Of a DNA stretch of 64,000 nt, positions 1-13,808 are shown one piece after another. Source of the stretch: Eledone cirrhosa. Lineage: Eukaryota. How positions within the stretch are numbered: the stretch's first letter is position 1; every line of letters starts with the position of its first letter. The notes beneath the pieces are model-generated. The model was given only the letters and a program-made list of their open reading frames with translations. It did no database searches and was not told the origin of the DNA. The translations under genes were made by a program, and so were the position numbers. The stretch is from the NCBI GenBank assembly GCA_964016885.1, contig OZ024751.1, positions 16,616,001 to 16,680,000 of the forward strand, in the 5' to 3' direction.

Positions 1-449
1 TGATCTCAGTTTTATTTTCCCCTGTCCTTACTTACCCACTAAGTTTTTTAAGTGTAGTCACATAAGGTTGTATGTGGGTGCATATGCAGACAGGCTTATG
101 TGTACATACATATGTACGTGTTTTTATTATTTTATATGTATGTGTGTGTGTGTGTATATATATGTGTGTGTATATATATATATATATAAATATATATATT
201 TATATATATGTGTAAATATATATGTGTGTGTATATATATGTATGTGTATGTGTACGAGTATTTATACGCATAGGGATATTTATTTTGTTGGTTATTCAAC
301 AAAAATATATAATTTTAACTGATTCGAGGCATTCGACAGATCGTCGGGAGTATAATATCATTTTTTTCATTTTTTGGCACCCCGATATTTATACTCCCAC
401 CTGCGTATTTATAGTTTGTCTGCCTATATGTTTATGCACACGCACACGC

Positions 450-550
<101 letters not shown>

Positions 551-605
551 TGTATTTATATATATATATGCATATGTGTATATATGAATATATATATATA
601 TATAT

Positions 606-820
606 AACGAAGGAAATGTGGTAAGGAACCAGATGGACAATAACACACCAAAGTACTCAATACTTAGGGTAGTAGAGTGGGTAATAGGAACAAGTATGAC
701 CCCGACGGCAGAGCTCAAGCCGTTTCGATGGCTAATTCTGGACTAAATTTAGTCCAGAATTTAGTCCAGAATTAGCCGTCGAAACGGCTTGCTCTTTGCC
801 GTCGGGGTCATACTTGTTCC

Positions 821-822
<2 letters not shown>
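606..822. mobile_element. Penelope-like terminal-repeat fragment, family A, fold-back copy in (TA)n. Other copies at about 4297-4468, 12294-12463, 13712-13751, 14622-14757, 18262-18427, 18458-18652, 19508-19670, 19992-20120, 21511-21658
   Basis: Recurrent sequence AACGAAGGAAATGTGGTAAGGAACC...GTAGAGTGGGTAATAGGAAC...GACCCCGACGG...CCGTTTCGA, nearly always embedded in (TA)n. Most copies carry the 3' half of a hammerhead: GAAA-CGGC-TTGAGCTC(A/T)-GCCG-TC. Confidence 0.75.
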
Positions 823-893
<71 letters not shown>

Positions 894-1515
894 GTATATA
901 TATGTTTATATATGTGTGCGTATATATAGGTGTGTGTGTGTGTGTGTGTATATTTATTATACATGTGTGTGTGTATATATATACATATGTATATATATGT
1001 AGGATGTGAGTAATATTGTAGAACAATAAAACTATGCATATATCAGTTAAGTAGCACTCAACTGTTGGTAGAACTTGAGTATATATATAGAAGAAATTAA
1101 AAGATGGTTATATGGAACTTTTTTAACCATCTTTTAATTTCTTCTTTATGTATATATATGTATATATATATATGTGTGTGTATGTATATATTTGTTTGTA
1201 TATATGTGTATATGTGTGTATGGATTTACGTATATGTTTATATGTATGCGTTTGTTGATTTTTTATTGCGTGCATGTGTGCGCGCGCGTATGTGTACGTA
1301 TGTACGTGGGTTATGTACCTTTGAGAATCATCTAATTTGTTGTAGTTTTTTTTGTATGTGTATGTATGTAGATGTGTGTGTATATGTATGTATGTATATA
1401 TATATGTGTGTATGTGTGTATGTGTGTGTATATATGTATATACACACACATACACAAATAAATATATACCTATACACACATACAAACACACACCCATATA
1501 TGATATATATATAAG

Positions 1516-1564
<49 letters not shown>

Positions 1565-1760
1565 CATATATATATATATGTATATATGTATATATATATA
1601 TATGCATATATATATATATACATACATTACATATATATATATATATATATGTATATTTATTTTATATATATATATACATATATGGGTGTGTGTTTGCATG
1701 TGTGTATATGTATATATATATGTATATGTGTATATATATATATATGTATATATATATATG

Positions 1761-2237
<477 letters not shown>

Positions 2238-2258
2238 TATATATACATATATATATAG

Positions 2259-2476
2259 TAATAATAATAAATTTGAAGACTAAAATCCAAAGAGGTCTCG
2301 ATAAGGATAAATATATATCAAATATATAAGAACCGTAGAGCAAATATTTATTAAAATAACAGATTAAAGTTTAAGCAAAGAATCGCTGCTTTCACCCTTA
2401 ACGGGATCTTCTGAAGATCCCGTTAAGTGTGAAAGCACCGAATCTTTGCTCAAACTTTAATCTGTTATTTTAATAA

Positions 2477-2480
<4 letters not shown>
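2259..2480. mobile_element. Penelope-like terminal-repeat fragment, family B, fold-back. Other copies at about 3640-3733 and 40900-41108
   Basis: Inverted around GGGATCTTC-T-GAAGATCCC. The same sequence recurs three times, each abutting (TA)n. Confidence 0.7.
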
Positions 2481-2541
<61 letters not shown>

Positions 2542-3661
2542 TGCATATCGTGTGTATTTGTTTATTTTTAAGTTGTATTTATTTATCCCCCCCCCCCTAC
2601 ACACACACACACACACTCACACCTTTCGTTGCAAACATCCCCCTTTTCGAATTTATTATGATTTTAATTTTGATTTTCTTATATATATATATATATTTTT
2701 TTTTAGTTATGTAATAAACAACATAAGATAATTATATCATTTACCAGTGGTTTCTTGAAGACAGGCACAACATCTGTCTTATATAAGGTCTGTAGCCTAC
2801 ATAGACCACTCTTTTTCCCTGTACCTTTCTGACGGAAATACTTCATTTATATATATATATATATATATATTTCCCAAGTTAATGAAAAGTCCATATTTTT
2901 GCATTTTAATTTCCATGTCAGGTTTGAAAGAGAAGGTGAAGATTTTTTATCAAATCTTCAGAAAGAACATTTGTGATTATTCCAGAGACTTTTAAATTCT
3001 GTAGAAGTTGCACCTACTTAGTTAAATTTATTATCACTGGTTTTGACTGTACATTTATAGACTACGTCCTTATCTGAACACTTAATATATAATTTTACAG
3101 TTACATTTTGCGGAGTTGTTGTTATTCAGAACGGTACTATTATATTGAATATTGCTAGAGATATTACTGCTATTTTGGTTATTTTGGTTAGGATTTAAAT
3201 TTCTATTATTGATTCTATTTATATTTTGTGCTATGTTCATAGTAGTAGAGTAGGATAGTTTTATATTATGTCTGTCAAAGATTGAGTGGTATCAGTGGGC
3301 TTTAGGAGAACATTTATCTAGTGCTTTAAAGAATAGCTTTGCTAAAGGTGTTTTAACGCTTAATGAGAATGACATATATATATATGACGTATTATCTTCG
3401 TTTTTTTCCGTTCATTGCTAGAGAACGTCTCTATCAACCACCTAATAGAATATTAGTCTACAAGTTCTTTTATACCATAAACGTGGTTCTGTCTTTGCGT
3501 GTAATTGTTTTTCACCGCTCCAAAAAATGACGTATTATATTCGTTTTTTCCCGTTCTTTGCCAGGGAACGTTTCCACGAACCAAAGTATCGTCTTCCTGT
3601 CTTCCTCCGGTTGCAACGTTTTCTGAAATATTTACTTCCGCGTTCACGGATTGACTTTGTT

Positions 3662-3712
3662 AGTTTCAGATGATCCCGTTAAGGGTGAAAGCAGCGATTC
3701 TTTGTTTAAACT
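3662..3712 (+). ncRNA. Type I hammerhead-like motif, U4A core variant (family B)
   Basis: AGTTT-CAGATGA-TCCC gttaa GGGT-GAAA-GCAG...TTGT-TT-AAACT. Stem I is AGTTT/AAACT. Confidence 0.55.
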
Positions 3713-4026
3713 TTAATCTATTATTTTAATAAATATATATATATATATATATATATACATACACATATATATACATATATATACATACACATATACACAA
3801 ATATACTTGCCATCATATATGTACTTACGCACACATTTTCACCATACACATGCATTTGTACATACACACATATGTACATTTGTGAGTGTATATACATACA
3901 TATACACTTACCCTAACTATATTTCCTTATTTTTTATATATCTCTTGCATTACTTTTATTTATATATTTTTTGCCCGTCAAACTCTTGCCTTTCTTGAGA
4001 TTTTTCAAATATTTCACTGTTTTAAA

Positions 4027-4100
4027 TTGCCTTGTCCGATGAACGAATGAGGACGATTTTCGTATTCGTCTTATTCGGGAAACCTCTGGTAATGAGGTAA
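4027..4100 (+). ncRNA. Type I hammerhead-like motif, U4C core variant
   Basis: Stem I TTGCCTTGT/ATGAGGTAA (9 pairs including G-U); core CCGATGA 4036-4042; stem II CGAATGAGGACGA/TCGTCTTATTCG; GAAA 4079-4082; stem III ACC-tct-GGT; cleavage triplet GUA ending 4091. Confidence 0.75.
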
Positions 4101-4465
4101 TTATATTGTATTGTTTATTATACATTACATTTAGCTCTGGTACTTACATAGAGCACTCTTCACTCCTATGACTTTTTCAATTTTCAACGGAAATCTCAAT
4201 ACTTATATATATATATATATATATAAGTAGTAGTTCCGGTATTTAAGTGTGGTATGTGTCGAAGATTGCTCCACTACATATGTATGAGATATAGTACAAA
4301 GAGGGTGTGTTAAGATGTCAGGTAGACCATAACGCACGAGAGTCCTCAATACATAGGGTAGTAGAGTGGGTCCTGACTCTTTTCCTATTACCCACTCTAC
4401 TACACCTAAGTACTGAGTATTCTGGTGCGTTATGGTCCAGCTGGAATCTTACCACACCCTCTTTG

Positions 4466-4515
<50 letters not shown>

Positions 4516-4979
4516 ATAGTTATACTTATATATAAAAATATAAATAAGATAAGGGTAATATTGTATATTACCCGATTACCAGTAAGATAAGTAGCTCAAT
4601 GTAACATATCAAATATACTACAGAGCAGGAATACAATCAAATAACAATTAAATTGTGTTTAAGGCATTTAATTGTTTACGATCGTTTCATCCAGATATGG
4701 GTCTGATAACATCATAGCATATGAAATGTTATATATGTTATTTATACTGTATATATATATATATATTAGAAAGTGAGGTTTTTTTTTTTTTTTACAAAAT
4801 GAAAAATAACCGAGGTGTCCTACACGAGTGAAAGTATAAAGAAAAAGAGATGAAATCGAAAATGCAACTGGAGTCTTATTTAAAAAAAATATATATATAT
4901 TTATTTGGTTCCTTTACCGGTTTCGCAGTTCTTCTGCTTTTCAAAAGGTGAGTTGAGATGGAAGGTCTGTGGTTTTTCT

Positions 4980-5047
<68 letters not shown>

Positions 5048-5079
5048 AGGGTGTGTGTGTGTATATATACATATTTATT

Positions 5080-5330
5080 GCCATTTCGGCAGCCAAATCT
5101 TTTCTTCATTTCCAAGATACTTTCTGAGCTTGTTAGACTATCAACTATGTCATTCCACCAAAATGTCTCCCTCGTCATGGTTTCCACCTTCTGATTTAAC
5201 TCCTTCTTCGTCATCATATGCGAGTCACTAAATCATTGAAACTCTGTCTGGCCTTGCGATTTTTCGGCTTCTATACCTTCTTCCTTCTCCGGGTAGTCTT
5301 CCATATCTGGATCAATTTAGTTTTTAATTT
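5080..5330 (-). pseudogene. Degenerate RTE LINE fragment (region between endonuclease and RT)
   Basis: Translation RETFWWNDIVD matches the VTWWWNSTVD segment of the RTE at about 30450. Confidence 0.5.
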
Positions 5331-5375
5331 GATGACATCAGCAACGGAGAGACTAAATGCTTATTTATAGGCATT

Positions 5376-5530
5376 GTGAAGGCGCATGACTTGGTGGTTA
5401 GATCATTGGGCTTTCAATCGAAATGTTGTGAGTTCGATTCTCGGACCTGGTGATGTGTTGTGTCCTTGAGCAAAACACTTTATTTCACGTTGCACCAGTT
5501 TACTAATCTGTAGAAATGAGTTGCTATCCT
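5376..5530 (+). mobile_element. tRNA-derived CORE-type SINE. Other copies at about 20862-21070 +, 25130-25320 + (5' truncated), 36075-36160 + (degenerate), 59770-59980 -
   Basis: A-box TGACTTGGTGG and B-box GAGTTCGATTC, followed by GTGTCCTTGAGCAAAACACTT, which resembles the MIR/CORE domain. Confidence 0.75.
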
Positions 5531-5942
5531 GCCAAATCAATGGGTGGCAGTAGTTCCATCTGCACGCATCGAAAGACTGCTGTAGTGGTTAAAAGAACAA
5601 TGCGGTTTTGCAGATGATTAATGCAAATTGACAATGGACACGTCCTCTCGCTCGAGTTAGAAGAGAACTATTGGCCTTTAGGAGAAGCAGCCATCCCTGA
5701 TAGTATTCAGAAACCGAAACAAATATGAAGTACACCAAATACAATGCTCCTAGGGGTGGCCTTCTTATTTACGATTGTAAACTCGGCCAGATTAGATTAG
5801 ATATAATCATTCCGGCTCATTATGTGCTCAGCTCAAATTACTCCAAAATTAACTTTGCCTTTCATCCTTTTCAGGTCGATAAATAAAGTACTAATCTAGT
5901 AGTTTTTGGAAGGAATTGTTAAACAAAGTCTCCAGCTTCTAT

Positions 5943-5943
<1 letters not shown>

Positions 5944-5984
<41 letters not shown>

Positions 5985-6032
5985 TATTACTTCTTTTTCA
6001 TCATAATCATCATCATCATCTATTTAATCTTT

Positions 6033-6068
<36 letters not shown>

Positions 6069-6332
6069 TATGTTATCATCATCATCTTCTATTTCTTCTT
6101 CATCATAATCATCATCATCATCATCATTTCTTTCATCATCATCAAATTTCCTCTTTTTCATCATCATCATCATCATTTCTTCTTTTTCATTATCATCATC
6201 TTTTCTTCTTTTTCATCATCATCATCCTTTTTTTCATCATCATCATCATCATCTATTTCTTTTTCATGATCATCTTCATCATTTCTTTCTCTGTCTTTAT
6301 CATCGTTTTCATCATCATCATCATCATCATCA
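5944..6332. repeat. Interrupted (CAT)n microsatellite
   Basis: Read directly from the sequence. Confidence 0.95.
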
Positions 6333-6679
6333 TATTTCTACACCGTGCGTGTAAATGTTAAACTCCATACCTCTAACTTGATGAAACAAAACAACAACAA
6401 AAATAACTTCAACACCAACAAAAAAACAACAACAAAAAAACCTTCATTAAACTATCCTCACTGATTGTACATCACTTCTGATTGATTACCAATTAACTAA
6501 TTAGCTAATTGCTAATTGATGATAAACGTAAGTGCATATTACCTCCACTCCATGTTGATATGTATTTACACCAGGCTCCCCTCTGCTATTTTCTCAAATT
6601 CTAACGAAATATTTATTATTTTTGCTATATTTATATAATCTTTGAAAACTATATGTGTATGTGAATATCTATTACCTGT

Positions 6680-7950
6680 GTGTGTACGTGTGTGTGTGTA
6701 CGTGTGTGCGTGTGTCTGTGTTTGCGCGTGTGTGTGTGTTATTTTTGTATAATATTTATGTAAATGTTTGTGAATGTGTGTGTTTGTAAATGTGCGTTTG
6801 TGTGTGTGTGTGTGTGTGTGTATGTGTGTGTGAGATTTTTGTATGATCTTTATGTAAATGTTTGTGAATGTGTGTGTGTGTGTGTGTATGTGTGTGTGTG
6901 ATTTTTGCATGATCTTTATGTAAATGTTCGTGTGTGTTTGTGCGTGTGTGTGTGATTTTTGTATATTCTTTATGTAAATGTTTGTGAATGTGTGTGTTTA
7001 TGTGTGTGAGATTTTTGTATGATCTTTATGTAAATGTTTGTGTGTGTTTGTGCGCGTGTGTGTGATTTTTGTATATTCTTTATGTAAATGTTTGTGAATG
7101 TGTGTGTTTGTGTGTGTGTGAGATTTTTGTATGATCTTTATGTAAATGTTTGTGTGTGTTTGTGCGTGTGTGTGTGATTTTTGTATATCCTTTACGTAAA
7201 TGCGTGTGGTTTTTGTGTAGTCTTTATGTAAACGTCTGTGTATGTGTGTGTGTGTGTGTCTGGTTTTTCTGTAGTTTTTCTGTAAATGTTTGTGTATATG
7301 TGTGTATATGTGTGTGGTTTTTGTGTAGTTTTTATGTAAATGTTTGTGTGTTTGTTTGTATGTGTGTATATGTGTGTATGTGATTTTTCTTTAGTCTTTA
7401 TGTAAATGTGTGTTTCTCTCTGTGTGCATGCCTTTTGTGTAGTTTTTATGAAAACGTTTGTTAATATGTCTTTGTGTGTGTATATGATTTTGTGTACCTT
7501 TTATGCAAAAAAAATGTATGTGTATGTGTGTCTAGTCCTTATGTAAATATTTGTGTATGTATATGTGTGATTTTTATGTAGTTTATTTATGTAAATGTTT
7601 ATGTGTGTGCGTGATTTTTGTTTATTTTTTATGTAAATGTTTCTGAATGTATGTGTGTGCCATTTCTTGTGTAGTTTTGTTTCTATGTGAATATTTGTGT
7701 GCATGTGTGTGCGTGCGTGCGTGTGTGCGTGTGAGTGCGTGTGAGTGTGTGTGATGTTTTCGTGTAGTTTTTATGTAAATGTTTGAGTGTATGTCATTAT
7801 GTATGTGTGATATTTTGTGTAGACTTCATGTAAATGCTTGTGTGCATGTGTGTGATGTTTTGTTTTGTGTGTTTGTGTTTATATGTGTGAGATATAAATG
7901 TGTGTTTGTGTAAGTGTCAGTGTGTGCGTATGTGTGTGTGTGTGTGATAT
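6680..7950. repeat. Degenerate minisatellite: (TG)n blocks punctuated by ATTTTTGTATGATCTTTATGTAAATGTTTG
   Basis: The motif recurs about every 55-65 bp. Confidence 0.9.
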
Positions 7951-8365
7951 TTTATTATTTTCAGTCTTGTTTTAATTTTTATTATATGTAAACAAATATA
8001 TCTATGTGTAATTAAATTTCTTGTTGTTATCTCTTTTGTCAAATGGAATGTCGCAAATTCTAGGGTGTCAGATAATATGCTTTACGTTATCTAATGCGGG
8101 TCTTCCCAGTATATATTTCAGATTCTTGTGGTATTTAGTCCGGCTTTTTTAGGCATTTATTACATCTCTTTGTGGTATTCAATCCAGCACTTTACAGTAT
8201 GTATTCCACCGCTTTACGCTATATATTCCATATCTTTAAGGTTTGTATTCCGTGTCTTTACGGGATGTATTTCATCCGGCTTTTTACGGAATTTAATCCA
8301 GATCTTTACGGTATTTGTTTCTTAATCGGTTAATTCAAACCGTCAGCAGATTTAACACTCTAACC

Positions 8366-8516
8366 CAGTAGTTCTCAACCTTTTATTCTTGGAACACATG
8401 AAAAAATAGCGGTACTCCTGGCTAAATATATATGAAAAATAATATTTTTCATATATAATATTTTTGTTCTTAGTGTGCCGCTCAAAATTTCGCGGCACAC
8501 TGGTTGAGAATCACTG
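8366..8516. mobile_element. hAT (Charlie/Buster-type) MITE, 151 bp
   Basis: TIRs CAGTAGTTCTCAACC / GGTTGAGAATCACTG. The 8-bp TSD is CTCTAACC (8358-8365) / TTCTAACC (8517-8524) with a central TA. Confidence 0.85.
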
Positions 8517-9149
8517 TTCTAACCCCTTCTTTGCCTGACTTTAGTGGAAATCCCTGTGTTACCAGATTTAAGATAGATCCCTGGTTTGGGTATAATTTTC
8601 AACCTTCTTCTCATCTTTCTCACAGAACCTGAGAAAATTACCCTTCCAGCCCCTTCGTTTACTAGTCAGGGAGGGGAGAATAGTTTCCTTGGGGATTTTT
8701 AGGACATCAGAGCCTCCGGCATATAAAGGAGAGAAGGAAGAAGGTATCGGTAAAACAAAAATGTTGGTTCGATAACTTGTTAAACGACCATTATATAGTA
8801 GCTTTGCCGCATAGAGTTACGGCCCTTTATGATCTGAGTTCAAATCCAGCCGAGGTTAACTTTGCCTTTCATCCTTACCGGGTCGATAAAATAAAGTACC
8901 AGTCACGCACTGGGGTCAATTTCTTCGACGCCCCCCCCCCCCCCCCAAAAAAAAAAATTTGCTGGCCTTGTGCCTAAATAAGAAACCATTATATAGTAGC
9001 TTTCTACGAAGGTCAGCTGAAAACTTCATTGGTTGAGCAAGATACGCCCATGGAATGTCCCAACGAGGTATAGTTTAAAATATAGTCCCTGGAAAGAAAC
9101 AATGTGTGTACGAAAGGTGGTTATGATTAAGGGGAGTTGAAATTAATAC

Positions 9150-10060
9150 GTGCAGGATTTCACAGCTCTTGCATCAATCCTTCACATTCAGCCTATGAAT
9201 CTTTCAGCCCAGCCTCGTACCATGTCGGAATTTGGAGAACAAAGACCGTCTCATACGTGTCTTGATTTAGTTTCTATTTCATTTAAATGCACAGATATAT
9301 ATATGCCTAGGTACACCATATACAGTATTGTTATGGTTGTTGTTGTTGGCATTGCAATTATTATTGATTTTGTTATGGTTATTGTTGTGAAGGCGCCTGG
9401 CTTTGTGGTTAAAACATGAAGGGTCAACCTTCTCACATTCTGTGTCATGCTGAATCTCCGTGAGAACTGCAGCAAGAGTACGCGTGTCTTTGGAATGCTC
9501 AGCCACTTGCCCGTTAAATTCACGAGCAGGCTGTTCCGTTGTCGGATCATCTGGGACACTCTTCGTTGTAACCGACGGAGTGCTTTGATTGTTGTTACAA
9601 TATAATTGAGGTAGCTTTCGCTTTTCGTCGGTTTAATGAAATGGTTATAGATGACCATTTGTATTAATTCCGTTTGTTTATATTCCTTTTTTTGGGGGGG
9701 GGGGGGCTATTGATGTATGTCGAGATTAATGCATGCAAGATTTCACAGCTCTAGAAACAATTTTTCATAGTCAACCTATGAGGCTTTCAGTCCAGCCGCA
9801 TAATACTTCGGGATTTGAAGAGCAAAAACCGCCTCATACGTGTCTTGATTTAATTTCTATTTCATTTTAATGCACAGACATATATATGCCTAAGTACACC
9901 ATATAATCATAATGTATTCTTATGGTTCTTATTGTTGCTTCTGATGTTGTCGACATTGTAATTATTATAGATTTTGCTATGGTTATTGTTGTTAAAATTC
10001 TTCGCCGGTTTAATGAGGTGGTTTATAGATGGTCATTTGTATTAATTCCTTATGTTTTTA
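9150..10060. repeat. Old tandem duplication; the first copy is interrupted by an internally deleted SINE at about 9387-9585
   Basis: 9150-9385 aligns with about 9733-9995, and 9628-9672 aligns with about 10005-10050. Confidence 0.8.
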
Positions 10061-10371
10061 TTTGTTGTTTATTGGAAACCATTGAGCTATGTCGTAATTA
10101 AGCAGCTGACGATTTCATGTCTGTATTGGTTTATCTCATTAATGTTATCTTCCTGTATCCGCCACACGAATACATACAGACAGCCAAGTACATAAATCGC
10201 ACACATAACACATGACCATATACTCGGGCGCACAGGCATATACAGGCGCACAAACACATAAATGCGTATATATATATGATACTATATAAATATATATATA
10301 TGTATATAAAAACACACATACACACACACACATGAAAACATGCATATATATACAAATATATGTAAGTATAA

Positions 10372-10439
<68 letters not shown>

Positions 10440-10446
10440 GTATATG

Positions 10447-10523
<77 letters not shown>

Positions 10524-10524
10524 G

Positions 10525-10584
<60 letters not shown>

Positions 10585-10884
10585 AATATATATAAGTATA
10601 AATACATACATGTGTATATATATATGTGTGTATAAATATAAACATAAATATGTATATATACATATATATATATACATACATATATATACATATGTATATA
10701 TATGTATATACATCTATATATATATATATCAGAGTAATTAATAATACATTATTTAGTACAAACTCCCAGAGAGATACATCATTACTTTGGTAAAGTAACG
10801 TGTGATTCATTGGCAGTTTTCCCCTCCTCATTTTGTAGAGGTATATATACAAACACACACATATACATACATGCATACAAACAT

Positions 10885-10976
<92 letters not shown>

Positions 10977-11847
10977 CTATATGAGAATAATTGCTGTCGA
11001 CTTCGCAAAGCTTTTTCCTACAAAATGAGACCTCATTACGTTGGTACATAATTCCCCCTTACTTGTACACAAACACATGCAGTTTCATACACACACATAC
11101 AGAGACACACATACACACTTGTGTGTGTGTGTGTGTGTATGTGTATATATTACTGGAAATAGTACGGTCAATCTTTGAGACTGACCTCCAATTATTCCAA
11201 GTCCTGTTCAAGCGTGTCAGATCTAATGCCTTAATGACCTTATCAATTACAAAAATAACACTTTCGATATACCATTTCACATCAAGACTACAGCAAGTCA
11301 CACACTCGTGTTTGTGTGTACATTATATATATATAATTGTTTCTACTTTTGGCACAGGGCCAGCAATTACCCAGTAGATTACTTGTACTTTATTTTATCG
11401 ACCCCGTAAGGATGAAAGGCAAAGTTAACCGCGGCGGGATTTGAACTCAAGCCGTAAAGGGACGTAACTATGCTAGAAAGGGAGATTAGCATTGAAAAAA
11501 AACCTGTTGAAAAAGTGGCTTCCTTGTTCAATCATCTTACCAGAAGCCTAACATGTTTTATGTAAGCGGACAGTACTTGATTTAGAAGTCGCAGAAACCC
11601 AAATGCTGGATTTTACCAACCTTCCAGGGGTCCGGGTAAATTTTCATTCACATATATTTTTATTTGTTTGACCCGAATTACTTTATCGTTTTTTTGGCTA
11701 TGCGGATGATTGTTTAACCATCGTCTCAGTGTGTTTGGCCTTTAACGTATGTTGTAGCTCTGGTTCTTCTGAATTATTGAGCACTTGCCACACACCTCGG
11801 AGGTTGTTTTTCGTTATATAAGTACGATTCTCGATAATTTATATTTG

Positions 11848-11908
<61 letters not shown>

Positions 11909-11920
11909 TTAATATAGATG

Positions 11921-11971
11921 AGATTCTACAGGACTAGAACTGTTTCATTCATTAGAAATCATCAGGAATCT
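11921..11971 (-). ncRNA. Type I hammerhead ribozyme motif
   Basis: Minus strand: AGATTC-CTGATGA-TTTC taat GAAT-GAAA-CAG ttctagtc CTG-TA-GAATCT. Perfect 6-bp stem I, 4-bp stem III, U.U at the base of stem II. Confidence 0.8.
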
Positions 11972-12207
11972 GGGTATCAAAAAATAAATATGGTATTTAT
12001 AGGTCTCTACAAGTGGTAGGAGAGGGTGGGGAGTTGGATGGGTGCAGGTCATTGGTTGATAGAAAAGGGAATTCATTAAAAGCTAATTCTACAAAGCTAT
12101 AGTTAATTTTTATTTTTATTTATATTTATTTATGTTTTTAGAGTAACAAAGGCAGACAGAATTCTATAAACAGGTTCCGGATGGCATACCATTCCTTGTC
12201 AATAAGT

Positions 12208-12239
<32 letters not shown>

Positions 12240-12518
12240 ATGTATGCAATATATATATATATGCATATATATAATATATACAATATATATATAGAGCTCA
12301 AGCCGTATCGACGGCTATTTCTGGATTCCAGAAATAGCCGTCGAAACGGCTTGAGCTCTGCCGTCGGTGTCAAATATTTGGCTATTACCCCCTCTACTAC
12401 CCTAAGTATTGAGTACTCTGGTGCGATATGGTCCATCTGGTTCCTTAACACACCTCCTTCGTTATATATATATATATATATAATGAAATAAGACGGTTAC
12501 TCTAGTCCATCACTATTT

Positions 12519-12591
12519 ATCTTATTATACGTATTTCGAGGACGTATAGCTTTTGTATAACATCTGCCATCGCGTTCTCTTCAGATAAAAT
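12519..12591 (-). ncRNA. Type I hammerhead ribozyme motif, canonical core
   Basis: Minus strand: ATTTTAT-CTGAAGA-GA...TC-GAAA-TACGTA-TA-ATAAGAT. 7-bp stem I, G-C closing stem II, palindromic stem III ATACGTAT. Confidence 0.8.
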
Positions 12592-13109
12592 TCACAGAAC
12601 ATTTAAATATTCGTTGATATGCAACCGGTCACACGAGTTATTCACTTTAGTGATTGGCCTGGAAAGACTTCACGCGCTACATCATGAGTGGGAGATATAT
12701 CATACAGTGGATGTTGCTGTTTTTGAACTGACTAGGGTATCGGGTTATCGTATGGGTCAGTTAGTTCAAAAGGAAGTATGATTGGAATGTTAGTCTACTT
12801 TTTCTTTTTATGCTAGATTCAATTCACTTAGATACTATTTCAAATGTTAGATATTTATGCATATATGCTGAAATTTTAATATAATTAAATATAAAATAAT
12901 TTTGAATTACTTATTTCATAGTCTATTTAACTTTATTTACGTTTTAACTGAATACCCTATAAAAGTCTTGATGATTTTGTGCAGACAATAACTTAAAATT
13001 TCCGAGCGTTTATTTATAATTTTATATCTATTGTTAACGATGTGGAAAGTCTCTGTGGTACAGAGATCAGACCGTTTCGATATAGATGCATTTGTGTGTG
13101 GAAAAGCGT

Positions 13110-13343
13110 GTGAGAGTTTTTGCCAAGAAAGGAGTATTCAATATTATTATTTTTAAGCAACCAAATCAGTTCTGATAGGGCCGTGTTATTTCTTTTATAT
13201 TCTCTTTTAAATGAGTGGCCATGGTTGAACCACCTTTCCTTAAATCTAGTGGAAGTTGGACCAATATAAACCACCCTATTATCATTTTCCTTATATAACG
13301 TGATCTGAATAGAACTTTTTGTAACGACCACACTATTTTTCAG

Positions 13344-13345
<2 letters not shown>
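13110..13345 (-). pseudogene. GIY-YIG endonuclease remnant of a Penelope-like element
   Basis: VVYIGPTSTRFKERWFNHGHSFKREYKRNNTALSELIWLLK fits the YIG-x-T...FKER-x-x-NH-x-x-SF...T-x-LS-x-x-IW-x-LK pattern of Penelope endonucleases. Confidence 0.9.
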
Positions 13346-13373
<28 letters not shown>

Positions 13374-13374
<1 letters not shown>

Positions 13375-13475
13375 ACCATCCGCAGAGCCTTTTCAAGATT
13401 TTCCCCTGTCAACTCGGCTAGCGTAGTCAAACGCTGCATTTCTGCTGCAAAATCGTCCACCTGCTCTCCTGGTGG
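13374..13475 (-). pseudogene. Probable LTR-retrotransposon gag fragment
   Basis: GEQVDDFAAEMQRLTTLAELTGENLEKALRM resembles the GE-x-V-x-x-F/Y...RL major-homology-like motif of Gypsy Gag. Confidence 0.5.
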
Positions 13476-13676
13476 ATCTGATAATGTTGTTAGAAGGACG
13501 GTGTGATGGATCAAAGATTTCGAAACAAAGAAAAGGTGGTGACATAACCACTACCAATTATTCAATATATCCATTTACCATGATCAGAGAAAGCACAAAA
13601 ATACTCATTTTTCATTGTTCAATACATACACAGTCACACAGAAACACACACCCACACACACACACATATACACACG

Positions 13677-13710
<34 letters not shown>

Positions 13711-13748
13711 AGATTTGGCTGTCGAAAAGGCACGAGCTAAGCCGTCTC

Positions 13749-13808
<60 letters not shown>

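Larger units (their letters stand above)
12484..13345 (-). mobile_element. 5'-truncated Penelope-like retroelement (GIY-YIG remnant, 3' UTR and hammerhead-containing terminal repeat)
   Basis: Bounded by (TA)n on both sides. The GIY-YIG remnant and the hammerhead are on the same strand in the expected order. Confidence 0.85.
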
